Assembly: GCA_950097015.1 (NCBI GenBank)
Contig: CATNEN010000038.1
Location: forward strand, 1,488,001 to 1,552,000
From: Macrostomum hystrix
Taxonomy: Eukaryota; Animalia; Platyhelminthes
Direction of reading: 5' to 3'
Length of the DNA stretch: 64,000 bases
Below, one piece after another: positions 23,216-36,206 of the stretch. How positions within the stretch are numbered: the stretch's first letter is position 1; every line of letters starts with the position of its first letter. The position numbers and the translations under genes were made by a program. A model generated the notes under the pieces. The model had not been told where the DNA came from. It made no database searches and saw only the letters and a list, made by a program, of their open reading frames with translations.

Positions 23216-24503
23216 TGTGACGATAACTTGATGAAGACAGTAAGTCCGTAGCGGCGACAGTTAAAGTTCACTTTCAGTCTTAGAGTCAGTTCCGAATATG
23301 TTGTAATATCTTATATATATATAAGACGACATCCGGCGGCGCAGAGGACTCGCATGGGCGGCCTACCGTTCGATCCGGGCCGTCCTCCAGTCCACAGCGC
23401 TGCCTGACCGCCAGAGGGCTCGGCTGTGGCAGGCGGTGATCGAGACCGTCCTGCTGTACAACGCCGAGTCGTGGACGCTGACGGCTACGCTGGAGCGGCA
23501 GCTGGACTCGGCGCACTCGGGGCTGCTCCGTGCGGCCTTTCAAGCTGACGAGAGCGTCGGGACGGAGGCTCTGTACGAGAGAGCTCAGCTGCAACGCCCG
23601 TCCACCATCCTGCGCCAGCGACGACTTCGACTAGCGGGCCACGTCATTCGGGCCGAAAGCTACTGCCGCCAGCCCGCCCAGGACGTCCTTCTGCTCACCC
23701 TGCAGGGCCCGTTCAGGCGCGGCCAGGCTCGGACCCGCCGCTACGTCGACTGCCTGCTGAGCGACGCCAGGGCGCCCGACACTGCCTCCGGCGCGGACCA
23801 TGTTCGCGCGCTGGCTCTGCGGCGCATCATTTGACGCCGCCCCCCTAACGTTTGGGGCTTGCGTATTTTGTTGTTTGTTGTTGTTCGAATATGTGGTGTA
23901 GCGGTAGCACTTTATTCTCGTTATACACTGGGATGCACGACAAGCAGAGAGTAAGAAAAGTAAAGGTGCAGGAGCTCAACAATGGCAATAGTAATATCGG
24001 CACGGCGAGGCAAAGAACGGAAATAGTACGCGAAGCTAGGACAGACACGAGAGAGCAGACGAAAAGCAGTGACGGTGGAGAGGCAGACCGAGCAGTGGGC
24101 AGGAACGAACAGGCAGAACAGGCAGAACAGGCAGAACAGGCAGAACAGGCAGAACAGGCAGAACAGGCCCAAAGCCCTTAGTTAAATAAACTTAATAAAC
24201 TGCAGAACAGGGCGATCGATAAATCTAGAAACTGGCCCCAGCCAATGAGCATGTAAGTACACTGGTCTGGGCAGGCGACAATTAGACACTAGCAAAAACA
24301 AGCTGGGGGCAGCGCGATGTGCACTAACGCCTACTAATAGTAACACCCTAAGAATTACAGCTTAACCATACGAAACTGAAAAATGAATGATAGCCAGATG
24401 ACATCAGTAAAACGGCCCTAGTTAGTACGCACGCAAATTAGCTATGTAAATTAACACGTAAATTAAATTGCTAGGGGTGCTTACAACAAGTGACAACGTC
24501 ACA
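23216..24503. mobile_element. Solo LTR (Gypsy-like), itself interrupted by an RTE fragment
   Basis: TG...CA ends with inverted termini TGTGACG/CGTCACA and 4-bp TSD GGTA (23212-23215, 24504-24507). Contains AATAAA signals and a 9-bp GAACAGGCA repeat. Confidence 0.8.
23323..23886 (+). mobile_element. 5'-truncated RTE-like non-LTR retrotransposon (C-terminal ORF fragment, (TTG)n tail)
   Basis: LLYNAESWTLT...RRLRLAGHVIR..GPFRRGQARTRRYVD is typical of the post-RT region. Very short 3' UTR. Flanking cgaatatgt repeats are a candidate TSD. Confidence 0.85.
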
Positions 24504-25006
24504 GGTACCAGCACCAGTTGGGGGGTAATTAAGGGTGAGTGCGGCGTCCCCCAAGCCGCATGGACTGAACAGTACGCAGCCTTCAATTCAGAGGCGCCGC
24601 GCAATAGCTGCGGCTGTGATGTCGGCTCCACATCTGACCCTATTGAGGCAGGTATAGTCTGTTATTTTCATTATATATAGTAAGTTAGTATAAAAATGTT
24701 CTTATTGTACTAGCGCTATGAGTAAAATAAATTTAAGATTATTTCAAGGCTATGCACATTGAGAAAAGTTTGAGAAAATAATTTGTGAAGGACCATCGAT
24801 AGCATCTGCATGCTGAACTAGTCAGTCAACAGGATCAGTCAAATTACAGTGATTTCTGGAACTTCACGGGCTCCGTTTTTTGTTTTTGAGTATAAAAAGA
24901 ACTTTCTGGGCTAGTTTAAACCATGCAGCTCCGATACGCATTTCAGCTGTGCTATCCTTCGATTCTTTAATACTCCAGCTATTCCTCTACATTCTTTACT
25001 CTACAT

Positions 25007-25946
25007 CAGGGGTCGGCAAACTTATTAGCTGGCGGGCCAAAGAGAGAATCTAAAAGAGGACAGCGGGCCGCTTTGATTATAGATATAAGGGCGAGATAAG
25101 ACACGGGAGAGATGAGACACGGGAGAGATTAGACACGGGAGAGATGAGACACGGGAGAGATGAGACACGGGAGAGATGAGACACGGGAGAGATGAGACAC
25201 GGGAGAGAGATGAGACACGGGAGAGATGAGACACGGGAGAGAGATGAGACACGGGAGAGATGAGACACGGGAGAGATGAGACACGGGAGAGATGAGACAC
25301 GGGAGAGATGAGACACGGGAGAGATGAGACACGGGAGAGATGAGACACGGGCGAGATGAGACACGGGAGAGATGAGACACGGGAGAGAGATGAGACACGG
25401 GAGAGATGAGACACGGGAGAGAGATGAGACACGGGAGAGATGAGACACGGGAGAGAGATGAGACACGGGAGAGATGAGACACGGGAGAGATGAGACACGG
25501 GAGAGAGATGAGACACGGGAGAGATGAGACACGGGAGAGATGAGACACGGGAGAGATGAGACACGGGAGAGATGAGACACGGGAGAGATGAGACACGGGA
25601 GAGAGATGAGACACGGGAGAGATGAGACACGGGAGAGATGAGACACGGGAGAGATGAGACACGGGAGAGATGAGACACGGGCGAGATGAGACACGGGAGA
25701 GATGAGACACGGGAGAGATGAGACACGGGAGAGATGAGACACGGGAGAGATGAGACACGGGCGAGATGAGACACGGGAGAGATGAGACACGGGAGAGAGA
25801 TGAGACACGGGATAGATGAGACACGGGAGAGATGAGACACGGGAGAGATGAGACAGGATACTATTGGTGTTGGAAGGGGCAACGGGCCGGATTTGGGAGC
25901 TTCGAGGGCCGCATCTGGCCCGCGGGCCGGAGTTTGCCGACCCCTG
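25007..25946. mobile_element. Non-autonomous hAT (Charlie-like) MITE carrying an internal 16/18-bp minisatellite
   Basis: TIRs CAGGGGTCGGCAAAC / GTTTGCCGACCCCTG, perfect 8-bp TSD CTCTACAT. Internal array GAGATGAGACACGGGA at ~25100-25855. Confidence 0.93.
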
Positions 25947-25977
25947 CTCTACATAATGCTTTACGGTAATGCATGCG

Positions 25978-26125
25978 TTTGCATAGCCAGTTCCCCTTTT
26001 GCATAGCCAGTTCCCCTTTTGCATAGCCAGTTCCCCTTTTGCATAGCCAGTTCCCCTTTTGCATAGCCAGTTCCCCTTTTGCATAGCCAGTTCCCCTTTT
26101 GCATAGCCAGTTCCCCTTTTGCATA
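25978..26125. repeat. Minisatellite, 20-bp unit GCATAGCCAGTTCCCCTTTT
   Basis: 7 perfect units. Confidence 0.95.
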
Positions 26126-26830
26126 TATTTCTCTCAGACGCGGGGGCAGCGAGATTGAACGGCAGGACAGACAGAGGGGGCGGCTTAAAAACCCCGCGCG
26201 CGCGCACAGGCGGAGGAAGGGGTGGGGGTTAACACACTTTACCCAGAGAGCCCGCAGAGCAGGCCCTGAGTAAACACAGTAAACTATTTTCATAGTTTCC
26301 ATTGAACAGCTAAATACTGACCTCTGTGTATATGAGGAAATAAACTTAAAGTGCCAGCTATTCAAATAGAATTCCTGTTTTTTAAAGAGCACAATTTAAA
26401 CTGTCCCTGACCACAAGAACAGTATAGGTGAATTCTATTAGAGCGTTTCTGCATTAGAACGCTGCTGATCTGCAAAGTCAGCTATTAAAAAATATCTTCA
26501 AAGCAGCATCGAAATAGGAGCGAATAGCCAATGTATTCCGTGCAATATCCTCGTGCTTATATGTGCTGGGCAGAGGGCAGACAGTGCAGGAAGGGAATTC
26601 TGAATGGCATTGCAAGTACAGTTAGATCGCGAACACAGCTACATGGTTGCCCCTCAACATTTCTAACCCTTCGTCTACCGGCCTGTCCAATGGTGTACAA
26701 AGCAGATATAAGTTACGGAACTTCCTCGCTCCTCAAACCCTGAGGCTAAAGGGACATCAGAATCCTCTTTTTATTTTCTCCTGGGCTCCCATTTTTTACT
26801 ACGCAAGATTCGAGATTGAAAAAAGGCACA

Positions 26831-29800
26831 ATGTCTGAGAAACAGGATCAGGACGGCCAGCAGAAGCAGCAGCCTCTCACTCGTCAGGAGCGCGACTTGT
26901 GCATGAAGAAACGACGCGAACTGAGCCTCATCAGCAGGAGACTCGACTGTTCGGTTGAGCTCAAGATTAAAATTATTCTGGTAGGTAATTCTTCAGTTGG
27001 TAAAACTAGTCTGATCCACAAGTTTGTGGACGACAAAGCAGACATTAGAACTACAGAAGTAACTATGCTTTGCGACTTCCATCACTGCCTGGTGCCTCTA
27101 ACAGGCCGGGCGGTCCACATCCGCATCTGGGACACAGGTGGCATGGTGAGAAACGAACCAGACTGTGCTCGATCTGACCATTGTTGAAGTGACTGACTGT
27201 GCTCTGACCATTATTTTGGTGACTGACTCTGCTCTGACCATTCTTGTGGTGGCTGACTGTGCTCTGACCATTCTTGTGGTGACTGACTGTGCTCTGACCA
27301 TTCTTGTGGTGACTGACTCTGCTCTGACCATTCTTGTGGTGACTGACTGTGCTCTGACCATTCTTGTGGTGACTGACTGTGCTCTGACCATTCTTGTGGT
27401 GACTGACTGTGCTCTGACCATTCTTGTGGTGACTGACTGTGCTCTGACCATTCTTGTGGTGACTGACTGTGCTCTGACCATTCTTTTGGTGACTGACTGT
27501 GCTCTGACCATTCTTGTGGTGACTGACTGTGCTCTGACCATTCTTGTGGTGACTGACTCTGCTCTGACCATTCTTGTAGTGACTGACTGTGCTCTGACCA
27601 TTCTTGTAGTGACTGACTGTGCTCTGACCATTCTTGTAGTGACTGACTGTGCTCTGACCATTCTTGTAGTGACTGACTGTGCTCTGACCATTCTTGTAGT
27701 GACTGACTGTGCTCTGACCATTCTTGTAGTGACTGACTGTGCTCTGACCATTCTTTTGGTGACTGACTCTGCTCTGACCATTCTTTTGGTGACTGACTGT
27801 GCTCTGACCATTCTTTTGGTGACTGACTGTGCTCTGACCATTCTTGTAGTGACTGACTCTGCTCTGACCATTCTTGTAGTGACTGACTCTGCTCTGACCA
27901 TTCTTGTAGTGACTGACTGTGCTCTGACCATTCTTGTAGTGACTGACTGTGCTCTGACCATTCTTGTAGTGACTGACTGTGCTCTGACCATTCTTGTAGT
28001 GACTGACTCTGCTCTGACCATTCTTGTAGTGACTGACTGTGCTCTGACCATTCTTGTAGTGACTGACTCTGCTCTGACCATTCTTGTAGTGACTGACTGT
28101 GCTCTGACCATTCTTGAAGTGACTGACTGTGCTCTGACCATTCTTTTGGTGACTGACTGTGCTCTGACCATTCTTGTAGTGACTGACTCTGCTCTGACCA
28201 TTCTTGTAGTGACTGACTCTGCTCTGACCATTCTTGTAGTGACTGACTGTGCTCTGACCATTCTTGTAGTGACTGACTGTGCTCTGACCATTCTTGTAGT
28301 GACTGACTCTGCTCTGACCATTCTTGTAGTGACTGACTCTGCTCTGACCATTCTTGTAGTGACTGACTGTGCTCTGACCATTCTTGTAGTGACTGACTCT
28401 GCTCTGACCATTCTTGTAGTGACTGACTGTGCTCTGACCATTCTTGTAGTGACTGACTGTGCTCTGACCATTCTTGTGGTGACTGACTCTGCTCTGACCA
28501 TACTTGTAGTGACTGACTGTGCTCTGAACATTCTTGTGGTGACTGACTCTGCTCTGACCATTCTTGTAGTGACTGACTCTGCTCTGACCATTCTTGTGGT
28601 GACTGACTCTGCTCTGACCATTCTTTTGGTGACTGACTCTGCTCTGACCATTCTTGTAGTGACTGACTCTGCTCTGACCATTCTTGTGGTGACTGACTGT
28701 GCTCTGACCATTCTTGTAGTGACTGACTGTGCTCTGACCATTCTTGTAGTGACTGACTCTGCTCTGACCATTCTTGTGGTGACTGACTGTGCTCTGACCA
28801 TTCTTTTGGTGACTGACTGTGCTCTGACCATTCTTTTGGTGACTGACTGTGCTCTGACCGTTCTTGTGGTGACTGACTCTGCTGTGACCATTCTTGTAGT
28901 GACTGACTGTGCTCTGACCATTCTTGTAGTGACTGACTGTGCTCTGACCATTCTTGTGGTGACTGACTGTGCTCTGACCATTCTTGTAGTGACTGACTCT
29001 GCTCTGACCATTCTTGTAGTGACTGACTCTGCTCTGACCATTCTTGTGGTGACTGACTCTGCTCTGACCATTCTTGTGGTGACTGACTGTGCTCTGACCA
29101 TTCTTTTGGTGACTGACTGCTCTGACCATTCTTTTGGTGACTGACTGTGCTCTGACCGTTCTTGTGGTGACTGACTCTGCTCTGACCATTCTTGTAGTGA
29201 CTGACTGTGCTCTGACCATTCTTGCGGTGACTGACTGTACTCTGACCATTCTTGTGGTGACTGACTGTACTCTGACCATTCTTGTAGTGCCTGACTGTGC
29301 TCTGACCATTCTTGTGGTGACTGACTCTGCTCTGACCATTCTTGTAGTGACTGACTGTGCTCTGACCATTCTAATGGTGACTGACTGTGCTCTGACCATT
29401 CTTGTAGTGACTGACTGTGCTCTGACCATTCTTTTGGTGACTGACTGTGCTCTGACCATTCTTTTGGTGACTGACTGTGCTCTGACCGTTCTTGTGGTGA
29501 CTGACTGTGCTCTGACCATTCTTGTAGTGACTGACTTTCGGAAATATGATCATGCCATTTCTCTCACACAGGAGCGATTTCACGACACAAACCTGACATC
29601 GAGCTTCTACCGCAACTCAGATGGTGTTTTGTTGGTGTTCGCCGTGAACGATCAGGACTCGTTCCTGAGCTTGCCGAGATGGCTAGACAAGGTGAAGCTA
29701 CTTCACTAAAATTACTATTTATCAGTGATTTTGCATGCAGATATATCAAACTGTTTTTTATAAATGCTTTACAATGAGCAGGTTCGTCAGAACATTGGTC

Positions 29801-30105
29801 CGAACAGCCAGTTCGACTGCAGCATTGTTGGCAACAAGTCCGACCTGGACATCAAGCGAGTGATTTCTCGGAATGAAGCTGAGAGATTCGCTTACCAGCA
29901 GGGCTTCACCTACATTGAGACCTCAGCACTGGATGTTGTCAACGTGCAGAAGGCCTTCATGGATCTCGCCCTGGCCATCATCAAGCGCAACCAGATTCTT
30001 AAACAGTTCTCAGATGCCCAGCAGCCGACTGAGAAGCCATTCAGATTGTTGAGGAGAGCCAACAGTACTGCTGGCAGTGGCAAGAGCAGCTGCCCCTGCG
30101 GTTGA
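26831..30105 (+). CDS. Divergent Rab-family small GTPase, paralog 1, 3 exons
   Basis: Exons 26831-27145, 29572-29691, 29782-30105. G1 GNSSVGKT, G3 WDTGGMERF, FYRNSDG, G4 GNKSD, G5 ETSA, C-terminal CPCG. Confidence 0.9.
27160..29536. repeat. Minisatellite, 30-bp unit GTGACTGACTGTGCTCTGACCATTCTTGTA filling Rab intron 1
   Basis: About 79 tandem units with recurring SNP variants, occupying nearly all of the 2.4-kb intron. Confidence 0.98.
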
Positions 30106-30852
30106 GCTGCTGTTGCACTTGAGCATTAAAATCATGCGCCTCTGACCAAGTTATCGCCCACAAAGTCATTTTCACTTGAAAACACAAAGGTTTTGCTTCC
30201 ATAGAGCCAGTTCCTTGACTTTCGTGTTTTAAATGATGCTTTTATAGTAGCTACGAGTATAAAGTTACTTGAGTATAAATCTCATCTTTTTGGTTCTAAC
30301 TTCCACGCAACTTATTTTTTTGCTAATTATTTACTAACACATCAAACCACTGCTTGGTCAATATTGCTTCCCAATCTCAACTATATTCTGCATAATTATG
30401 CCTCTGTGAAAAACATTTTACCGCTTTTTACCTGGGTTTTCGGAGCCTGCAATGGATAGACACAATATTATATACGCAGCACAAAATCTACTATATTTTT
30501 TGTCTTGGTTAAATCGCCTACCTAACGACTGCACTAATTGACCAAAATTGCGTCAAATTATTAAATATTACTTCCTAAATTATGTAATTATTATCACTTT
30601 ATTACAATTTATTGTTCGGTAACATATTGCAATAAATGCAATTTCGCAAGAAAGTGTAATTAATTACATGCCAATATAATGCTTTGCTGGCAATATAGTT
30701 TTAGTCAACTACATTAATATGGTAAACTCTCCTGATCTGATATAAAATATATTTAACACAATGAGATAAGCAAGCAAATGAAATATTTTCCCTTGATTCA
30801 TTCAGATGTAAAATTGTAAGGAAACATCAATCATCAATTTATTGAAATATAT

Positions 30853-32224
30853 ATGCCGGGTGTCCGGAAAGTCATGAGAAAACTACAAAATGTTAATTAT
30901 AAAAACGCGCAGAACAGTGAAACTTTACTAATCAGTAATGTAATTTCCCCTGAAGTCAATCACAGCTTGGCAGTGCTCCACGAGCCGTAGAACCTCGCGT
31001 TTCAAGCAGTTTGCATCCAGACCCCTCGCCCACTGCAACGCGGCCTCGCGGACCTCATCGTGGCTGCTGAACTCCCGCTTCGAGAAGTCCGATTTCAGCC
31101 AATTGAAGAAAAAACGGTCGCATAAATTGAAATCAGGGCTGTAGGGACTCTGAAAAAGCAGTTGAACTCCACGAGTCTCCATGAACTGCTGCACAGGCTG
31201 GGCCACGAGGTCGTGCGTTGTCCCACTGCCACAAGACTTCGGACAAATGAATTGGCTGTGATCTGAGGCTCCGCCATAGGTCACCTGTGTGTCGAACGAA
31301 TTCAACGATGCGATTGGCATCAACAGTCTGCTTTGGCGCCGTTGACATGATAGAGAATCGCTTGCTTGGGGTGAAAGCGACTACCAGCATTGTCTTTGGG
31401 TCCCCGACTGAGTGTCTCACAACTTGAGGTCGATGGTCGCCTTGACCCAGCCAGCACCGGTTGTTCTGCCGTTTACCAGTGTTTTTAAGGTACACCCACG
31501 TCTCGTCCTCCACCACGTACTTGTTGCAGAAGCTGGTCATGCCCTCGGTATGAAAAATCCGACGTATTTGCTTGGCACAATTGACGCGAGCAACCTTGTT
31601 CTCCTCGGAGAGAACACGCGGGACCCACACGGCAGACACATTGCGAAGTTGCAGGTCTTCAGTCAATATTTCATGCACTGTTGATTTCCCAACCTCCATG
31701 AAGTCAGCAAGATCTCTGACACTCACTTTTGGGTCTTCTTTCACGAGATTTCTGCAGGTCTCGATCAGCTCTGGTGTTCTCGTCGATCTCGGCCGGCCAG
31801 TACGGGCAGCTTGGGCCAGTGGGTACGACTCGTCACGGAACCTTGTGTACCATCGGTACACTTACGACAGACCAGGCGCCACATCTCCATGCACTTTCAG
31901 CAGTTCTCCATGGCAATCAGGAGCAGATATACCAAGCTTATACCTGGTATAAGCATAAGCTTGAAACTCGTCCATCTCAAAGCAGCAGCATTGCAGCAAG
32001 GATCAATGAAGAAAAAAGTAACGATAGATGCTTGCTTTGCCTCTGCGTTGCAACTTCTAAGTTATAACCATCAGCCTTACCCCCAAATTTGAAGCTAGAA
32101 TCTAGCTCTTTCAGCCATAGACATATATTAAGTCAAGTGTTAGAATGGTACAGTATCTTGTTAATAGCTTGTGTCTAAGTAGTTAGAATAACACATTCTC
32201 ATGACTTTCCGGACACCTGAAGTA
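30853..32224 (-). mobile_element. Mariner (DD34D) element, full length, with inactivated transposase (31975-30928)
   Basis: TIRs containing ggtgtccggaaagtcatgagaa at both ends within TA runs. WVPRVL, DETW, DNARP and YSPDFNLCD motifs with DD34D spacing after repair. In-frame TAA at ~31863 and a frameshift at ~31209. Confidence 0.93.
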
Positions 32225-33059
32225 TATGCATTACAAATAGATGATTGTTAGAAAAGTTTGACAAAATTATTAAAAATGCATATGCAGATGAGTAAAAATG
32301 CATTAACAGATATAGTTCCCGGAGACTCGAAATCATACAGGTCGGATACACAAGTGTATCGTCATAAATAAGTTTCTAATTTTAAAAGGAACTGTCATAG
32401 ACAATGTAAAAATAGTGAGCGCTGGACAGCATAGCAACCACTGGTAAGCTTAAGATTGAACAACAAATGAAGATTAATTTAACCCAGACTGCTACTATTA
32501 ATGAAAATCCATGATAAAATCAACTGGAGAGAGAATCGTGCGCATCTTCTTGATAGGTATGCTTAAAACTACACAGGAGCAAAGAAAATTAGAAACATCA
32601 ACTTCAATTACATCATGGGACAATTTTACTAGAACAAAATCATTATCAAGCAGATTGCATATATAGTATTGTGAATAGATTTAGTAAAATTCAAAAACAA
32701 TGAACGCGCAAGCGACTTATCGCGAATATTATAAACTTGAAGATTGGCCAGTACTGAAGAATTGTGTTGGAAAAATGACAGAACTACACCAAATCCTCGA
32801 GAACCATTCGGATAGCGGAAACAAGCGACACAGCTCTCACTTTCTCCTAATCTTGGATGGGCCATGCTAACTTTACCCAACTTTACCCCCAATGTGCACA
32901 CGACCAGGAGATAAGAAAGAAACAGCTGGGTTAATAACAAAATTATGATCAGTAGAGAGATTCAGCAACCGACAAATCGTGAACCTTTTCTGGATAGTCT
33001 GACGTGAGCAAAAATGTTTTACACAATTTAGTCAGAAGCAACTTGCGAGAAATTTGCGA

Positions 33060-34546
33060 CAGGTGACCTTGGGTACCTTGAATTAAATTTTTGAAGTTAA
33101 GAAACCGATTCTCAAAGCAAAACATAGAGCAGCATTACAAGGCGCCATGACGCTGTACTTATTCTGCAAGATGAGTGAGCAAATGAACATTAATTGCGTA
33201 CAATTGGGGATTATTAAAAATCTACAAGTGTTTTACAAAATAGCCTAGTAGTGAACCGATAAGAAGCGAGTTAACTCGCGCAGTTTTCTTATTGAGTAAA
33301 CGAGCAGAAACTTCAAATGCTGATAAAAGAAAAGCTACATTAACTTGATACTTCTTTATTAGAATGGGTGCAATGACGGGGTACAGCGCAAATAGCAAAA
33401 ATTGTTTTGCATCAGAGGCGGTCCAAAATTTACGGTCAGAAAGAGAACGCAAAGAAGAGAACATAAAAGGAAGTTTTACAGTTGCATTAAGGAATCAATG
33501 TACTTTAACTGTCTTTCACTTCCTTGGTAGAAAGGATGCCTCCAATTTTGAGGTTCGAGAATTGGCTTAAGGATGACACGAAAAACATTCTCGTATAGCA
33601 GGTGCAAAGAGTCAAGCAAGACATGACTGGGAATAGAAATGTAACTGTGAATTGTAGATACACCCTCTATTCCAAACAAAGTTGTCTGAGCTCTTTCTGC
33701 AAGCATCGCACACTGAGAAAATTCAGCATCGGAAATGCGTGATGATGTCCGTGGATAAACTCTAGCTCTGTTATGAACGACACCCGGCTCGCGACAATAC
33801 AGGCAGCCAAATTCACCATTAAATTGCTTAACGTTAAAAATGCTGCTTTGAGCTGGGAGGTCAAAGACGCAAGCATGCAGTCTCAATAAAACACGAACGT
33901 CCAGTCCATTGACGGTTGGTTTGTGTCTTCCAGCCGATATAGCAAACGTCAGTGTATTCTCTAATTTGTTACGAATGTGGAGAGGGAGATCAAGAACGAT
34001 TCCTTGGAATGGCCAAAATGAAAAGTTCTGGTTTGAATAGAAATTTCCGCCATCAGTAGAAACTAGTAAATTCAGCTCAATATAGTCAGAGGAGAACTCT
34101 CTTCCACACAGAACATCGCCATTATCATTTGATGACAGGAAAGCTTGATATTGCACTATGCTATTTAGATGCAATGATAAAAGCAGTTTAATCTGTTCAA
34201 GTAAGAGAAAGTAAGCCACTTGATCAGTTTTTCTACCGCAGCACTTTGCCTTCAGAGAAGTGTACACAGCATTGCACTCTTCATTTGTGCAGAAATAGCG
34301 AAGCGTAAACATAGCTTCGTAGTTTCCTACCGTGCGCCGAACGATGGATTTCAGGCGCTTTAGTGAGCTAGAATTGTTAAGCAAGTGAAGAGAAGAGAGA
34401 ACCTGTAGCAATACAGAAGTGGGAGACTCCGGTAAACCTGAACTAATTACCTGTAGAATTGCAGCCGCAGCATAGATGACTTGCATTCTAACACATGCAA
34501 CTGGAACAGTTAAACATGGTTGTTGTTGGTCAATAAAACTGATCAA
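33060..34546 (-). mobile_element. Degenerate CMC/EnSpm(CACTA/Mirage)-like transposase
   Basis: LNLLVSTDG..SFWP..LP..IR, CVFDLPA..KQFNG.FGCLYC, LDSLHLL, WTASD..QFLLF, NVHLLTHL..HGAL..SMFCFENR. Frameshifts and stops present. Confidence 0.8.
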
Positions 34547-34849
34547 GTGGCAATTCCTTTCGAAAAGATAACGACAATCTAGTTATTATAATATCCTTAG
34601 AATTGTAGTATTGTACGATATTTTGAAGTCCCAAATAAAGAATTTGGATGTGTTTTCACTACAAAAGACCTATATTAAAATATTATAGATAAGCATAAAG
34701 GTTATAAAGCGAAAAGGTTGAATACAAGAGCATTTTGGCATATAAAAGTTGGATTCGAAAAAAGCAATTACAACTCATTGAGAAAAGGTTAGCTATGGCC
34801 AGCAGCATTGCAGGACGCAGGTCACACGACTACTTTAAGTCACGAAACA

Positions 34850-35287
34850 TCAGGTTGAGTGCTTCTTGACCAGATTCCAGCTGTAATTGGAGCCCCAGAA
34901 ATTATCGAGCGCAGCAATTACTTCTCCTCGTGCCTCCTCAGCCAGCCTCTGACGCTTGGAGTTCTTGTCCGGGTCAATAATTTTGTCTTGAAGGTAAGAT
35001 GTTCCAAACCGCTGACGCAGAAAGTCCCGAGCGAAGTGGTTCGGGCAGGACTGATTGAGGTTCGATAACCAGAACTGATTACCCTCATAGTTACTAAAGG
35101 AAGCATCAACTCGATCCGGGTTTAGGCCTTCAGCTCGATTGGCACCAAGGTTGCGAAGCAGCTGGTTTGTTTCATCAATACTTTTGTGTATCTTCTTCAG
35201 AAGGCTACTGTGAAGCCGGAGCTCTTGCAGGTTGGAATGCTCTAGAACATCAGACTTGCTTCGCACAAGCGTCATCGGCGATGGCAT
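34850..35287 (-). CDS. Probable BEN-domain-like accessory ORF of the CMC element
   Basis: Predicted coiled coil followed by FARDFLRQRFG..KRQRL..W, directly upstream of the transposase on the same strand. Confidence 0.45.
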   Translation of the reverse strand: MPSPMTLVRSKSDVLEHSNLQELRLHSSLLKKIHKSIDETNQLLRNLGANRAEGLNPDRVDASFSNYEGNQFWLSNLNQSCPNHFARDFLRQRFGTSYLQDKIIDPDKNSKRQRLAEEARGEVIAALDNFWGSNYSWNLVKKHST

Positions 35288-36206
35288 TCCACTAGAACAA
35301 GAGCTGTCCAGCTTTCTCTTCTTGGAAGCTTGGCAAAGGCCAGATGGACCAGCCTGAGATCCGAAAGCCTATAGTCTATATAGATTCAAGACACTATATT
35401 AAAATAATACTTTTATAAACAAAGCTATATAAAAACAATGGAGCTTAATGTTGGGCATGCTGTACTAAGATAAACGGATTTGTACTTGCTCCAGATCAAA
35501 AGCGATAGTTGATTATGTGCTGAAAAAATGACTTTTTTCCTATCTCCGCAGTGTATTTTTTCCAGGAAACCGGCCTTCTAAAAATTTACACGATCTTTGA
35601 GTTTCCCGTCCTGTCATACTACAGTGGTCCTTGCGTTGGAAACCTGTCAAGACGTTGCACAGTTAAATGTAAAAAAGTAGAGTGCTCAAGGTTATCACTA
35701 ACAGGATATGAAGGAAGCAGTAAAAAACGAGCTAGCTGGTCGATAAATGAGCTTCATGCATTCGCCTATTTGAAATATCACATAATATCACACAGTAAAT
35801 ATCACATAAATAGCGTTGACAATCAAATGGACTTCTGTCAGGTGGTTCCTTCCTACAGGTCTCAAAGCCAAACGAGCCAACAGCAGATGGACAGTGCTAT
35901 AGTACATGGTCGTGCACAGCCTCTGCGTACAAAGCTTGCAAGGGATAAAGGGAAGATCGCCCTGACGAGGAAGCATCCTAAAAGAGAAGAATGCAGAGCC
36001 TCTCCACAGACGGCTGCAAGCGTACAGCTGGGCAGACTGTCATTCCCTCCCTCTCGATACTGCAAGACACTGCTGATGTAAGTTCTATTTTTGCCCAAAC
36101 ATCTCCTATAATGTCCAGCATCGGAGCAAACTGGGCACATGAGACTGTTCTCCTATATCAACCATACCTGAGCTGCTGTAGAGAATCTGTCAACTGCGGG
36201 TCAGCC

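Larger units (their letters stand above)
23069..24660 (+). mobile_element. SINE family A copy split by a solo LTR (5' half 23069-23215, 3' half 24504-24660)
   Basis: tRNA head tagcctagtgg..ggttcgattccc and CORE-like domain end at aaatgggta. The SINE resumes at ggtacc..gggggtaattaagggtg at 24504. Confidence 0.85.

Noticed and set aside
25025-26392. Long Ser/Leu/Pro/Cys-rich ORFs
   Set aside because: Translations of MITE-internal and 20-bp tandem repeats.
27063-29519. 659-818 aa repetitive ORFs on both strands
   Set aside because: Translations of the 30-bp array inside a GT-AG intron. The Rab exon-1 frame stops at 27187, and the paralog lacks the array.
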